DNA of 44,914 nucleotides from Chiloscyllium plagiosum. Lineage: Eukaryota. The stretch is from NCBI RefSeq assembly GCF_004010195.1, contig NC_057756.1:8620208-8665121 (forward strand). Direction: 5' to 3'. The number at the start of each line of letters is the position of its first letter. The stretch's first letter is position 1. Position numbers and translations under genes: made by a program. The notes under the pieces were generated by a model. The model ran no database searches, had not been told where the DNA came from, and worked only from the letters and a program-made list of their open reading frames with translations. Below, in pieces: positions 44,578 through 44,914 of the stretch.

Positions 44578-44914
44578 GTCAAAGAGTCATAGAGATGTAC
44601 AGCATGGAAACAGACCCTTCGGTCCAACCCGTCCATGCTGACCAGATATCCCAACTGCCAGCACCCGGCCCATATCCCTCCAAACCCTTCCTATTCATAT
44701 ACCCATCCAAATGCCTCTTAAATGTTGCAATTGTACTAGCCTCCACCACATCCTTTGGCAGCACATTCCATACATGTACTAACCTCTGCGTGAAAAAATT
44801 GCCCCTTAGGTCTCTTTTATATCTTTCCCCTCTCATCCTAAACCTATGTCCTCTAGTTTTGGACTCCCTGACCCCAGGGAAAAGACTTTGTCTATTTATC
44901 CTATTCCATGCCCC
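44578..44914 (-). mobile_element. Young CR1/HER1-type LINE 3' end
   Basis: RGERYKRDLRGNFFTQRLVHVWNVLP; near-identical to 1-372. Confidence 0.9.

Overview
This is repeat-rich vertebrate genomic DNA with a 455-N assembly gap at 18731-19185. HE1-type SINEs, CR1/HER1-type LINEs and Penelope-like elements point to a cartilaginous fish, probably a shark (inference). The main feature is an apparently intact six-exon minus-strand gene (CDS 36150->22434, 241 aa), assembled by hand from splice signals. It encodes a type I membrane protein: signal peptide, a single B7/butyrophilin-type IgV domain, a short stalk, a TM helix and a 55-aa tail containing PTAP. Its 5' end and about 7 kb of upstream DNA (35.2-42.9 kb) are duplicated at the left of the window (0.37-4.57 kb). 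In that paralog a Penelope insertion has replaced the ATG exon, so this looks like a tandem Ig-superfamily cluster undergoing birth and death. Between the copies lie a CpG-rich promoter with a disabled HAUS5-like first coding exon, a decayed Gmr1-type Gypsy element (integrase before RT), a Harbinger Myb/SANT relic and L2/CR1-clade LINEs. Penelope copies carrying minimal hammerhead-ribozyme motifs are scattered through the window, and a TIR MITE with a 9-bp TSD sits upstream of the intact gene. All identities were judged by eye; no searches were run.
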